In this document: positions 48,283 to 48,783 of the stretch, in pieces
Layout of the letters: each line of letters starts with the position of its first letter
Position numbering within the stretch: position 1 is the first letter of the stretch
Assembly (NCBI GenBank): GCA_037446635.1
Contig: JBBIIG010000033.1
Coordinates: forward strand, 1 to 48,783
Length of the DNA: 48,783 nucleotides
Reading direction: 5' to 3'
Origin: a bacterium
Lineage (GTDB): Bacteria; Zhuqueibacterota; Zhuqueibacteria; Oceanimicrobiales; Oceanimicrobiaceae
Notes under the pieces: generated by a model
Database searches by the model: none
Told to the model about the DNA's origin: nothing
The model's input: the letters and a program-made list of their open reading frames with translations, nothing else
Made by a program: the position numbers and the translations under genes

Positions 48283-48783
48283 TTAATTGAGATGATTATA
48301 GGCATTGAGGGTTAAAAATTCAGCGAAGTTTTTATCGGTGATCAAATCATCAAAAAGCTGGCGCGAGAGATCGAATTGGCCATTTTTAAAATTTTCGGCG
48401 CCAACTAATTCTTTGATTTTTGCCAATTCTTCCGGGACGAGTTTTTTATAGAGTTCGGCTGTCGCGTTTCGTCCGTCTGCGAGGTTGGCTTTGTGATGAA
48501 GCCACTGCCAAATTTGCGAGCGGGAAATTTCCGCGGTGGCGGCGTCTTCCATCAAATTGTAAATGCTGGCCGCGCCAACGCCCCGCAGCCACGATTCAAG
48601 GTATTGAATGCCAACATTGATGTTGTGCCGCAATCCGTTTTCGGTGATGGTCCCGCCGGGAATATTCATATTCAGCAAGTCACCGGCGGTGACGTTCACC
48701 TCTTCCCGTAGCCGTTCTTTATGTTGGGGTTTGCTTCGCAAAACTTTGTCGATCATTTGTTTCGCTACTGGAACCAGATCCGG
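48283..48783 (-). CDS. aceB: Malate synthase A, C-terminal part (runs off the window end)
   Basis: GLRHNINVGIQYLESWLRG, NLMEDAATAEISRSQIWQW, EFLTL..Y. Confidence 0.96.
   Translation of the reverse strand, partial: PDLVPVAKQMIDKVLRSKPQHKERLREEVNVTAGDLLNMNIPGGTITENGLRHNINVGIQYLESWLRGVGAASIYNLMEDAATAEISRSQIWQWLHHKANLADGRNATAELYKKLVPEELAKIKELVGAENFKNGQFDLSRQLFDDLITDKNFAEFLTLNAYNHLN

Overview
Ordinary chromosomal window (moderate GC, AT-rich intergenic regions) of a diderm bacterium. A C-terminal 'NYPNPFNPST' sorting domain, a Tol-Pal operon and a sensor-less sigma-54 activator suggest an FCB-group organism such as KSB1/Calditrichota; this is inference. Housekeeping genes: purD, uvrB, PpiD/SurA-like PPIase, hsp20, sodC, mddA, proline dehydrogenase, asd, tolQRAB-pal-cpoB, ClC channel, clpS, acs, TonB protein, Usp, IYD-like nitroreductase, rlmI-like MTase, tag, aceA and partial aceB. 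I recognised no rRNA, tRNA, CRISPR array or intact transposase. The most striking element lies between uvrB and purD. A SatD-family gene (cyclase/palm-like motifs plus a C-terminal HTH) is translationally coupled to uvrB. It is followed by four 18-bp palindromes (TTATCAnnnTTTTGATAA) at an exact 29-bp period, then a small DUF3307-like membrane protein. Other observations: two unannotated small ORFs with strong RBSs, two single-T frameshifts (ParE toxin, AlaX-like protein), several near-consensus sigma-54 promoters, probable leaderless genes, and many nested intergenic palindromes and MITE-like elements. All family calls come from motif recognition by eye; no database searches were run.
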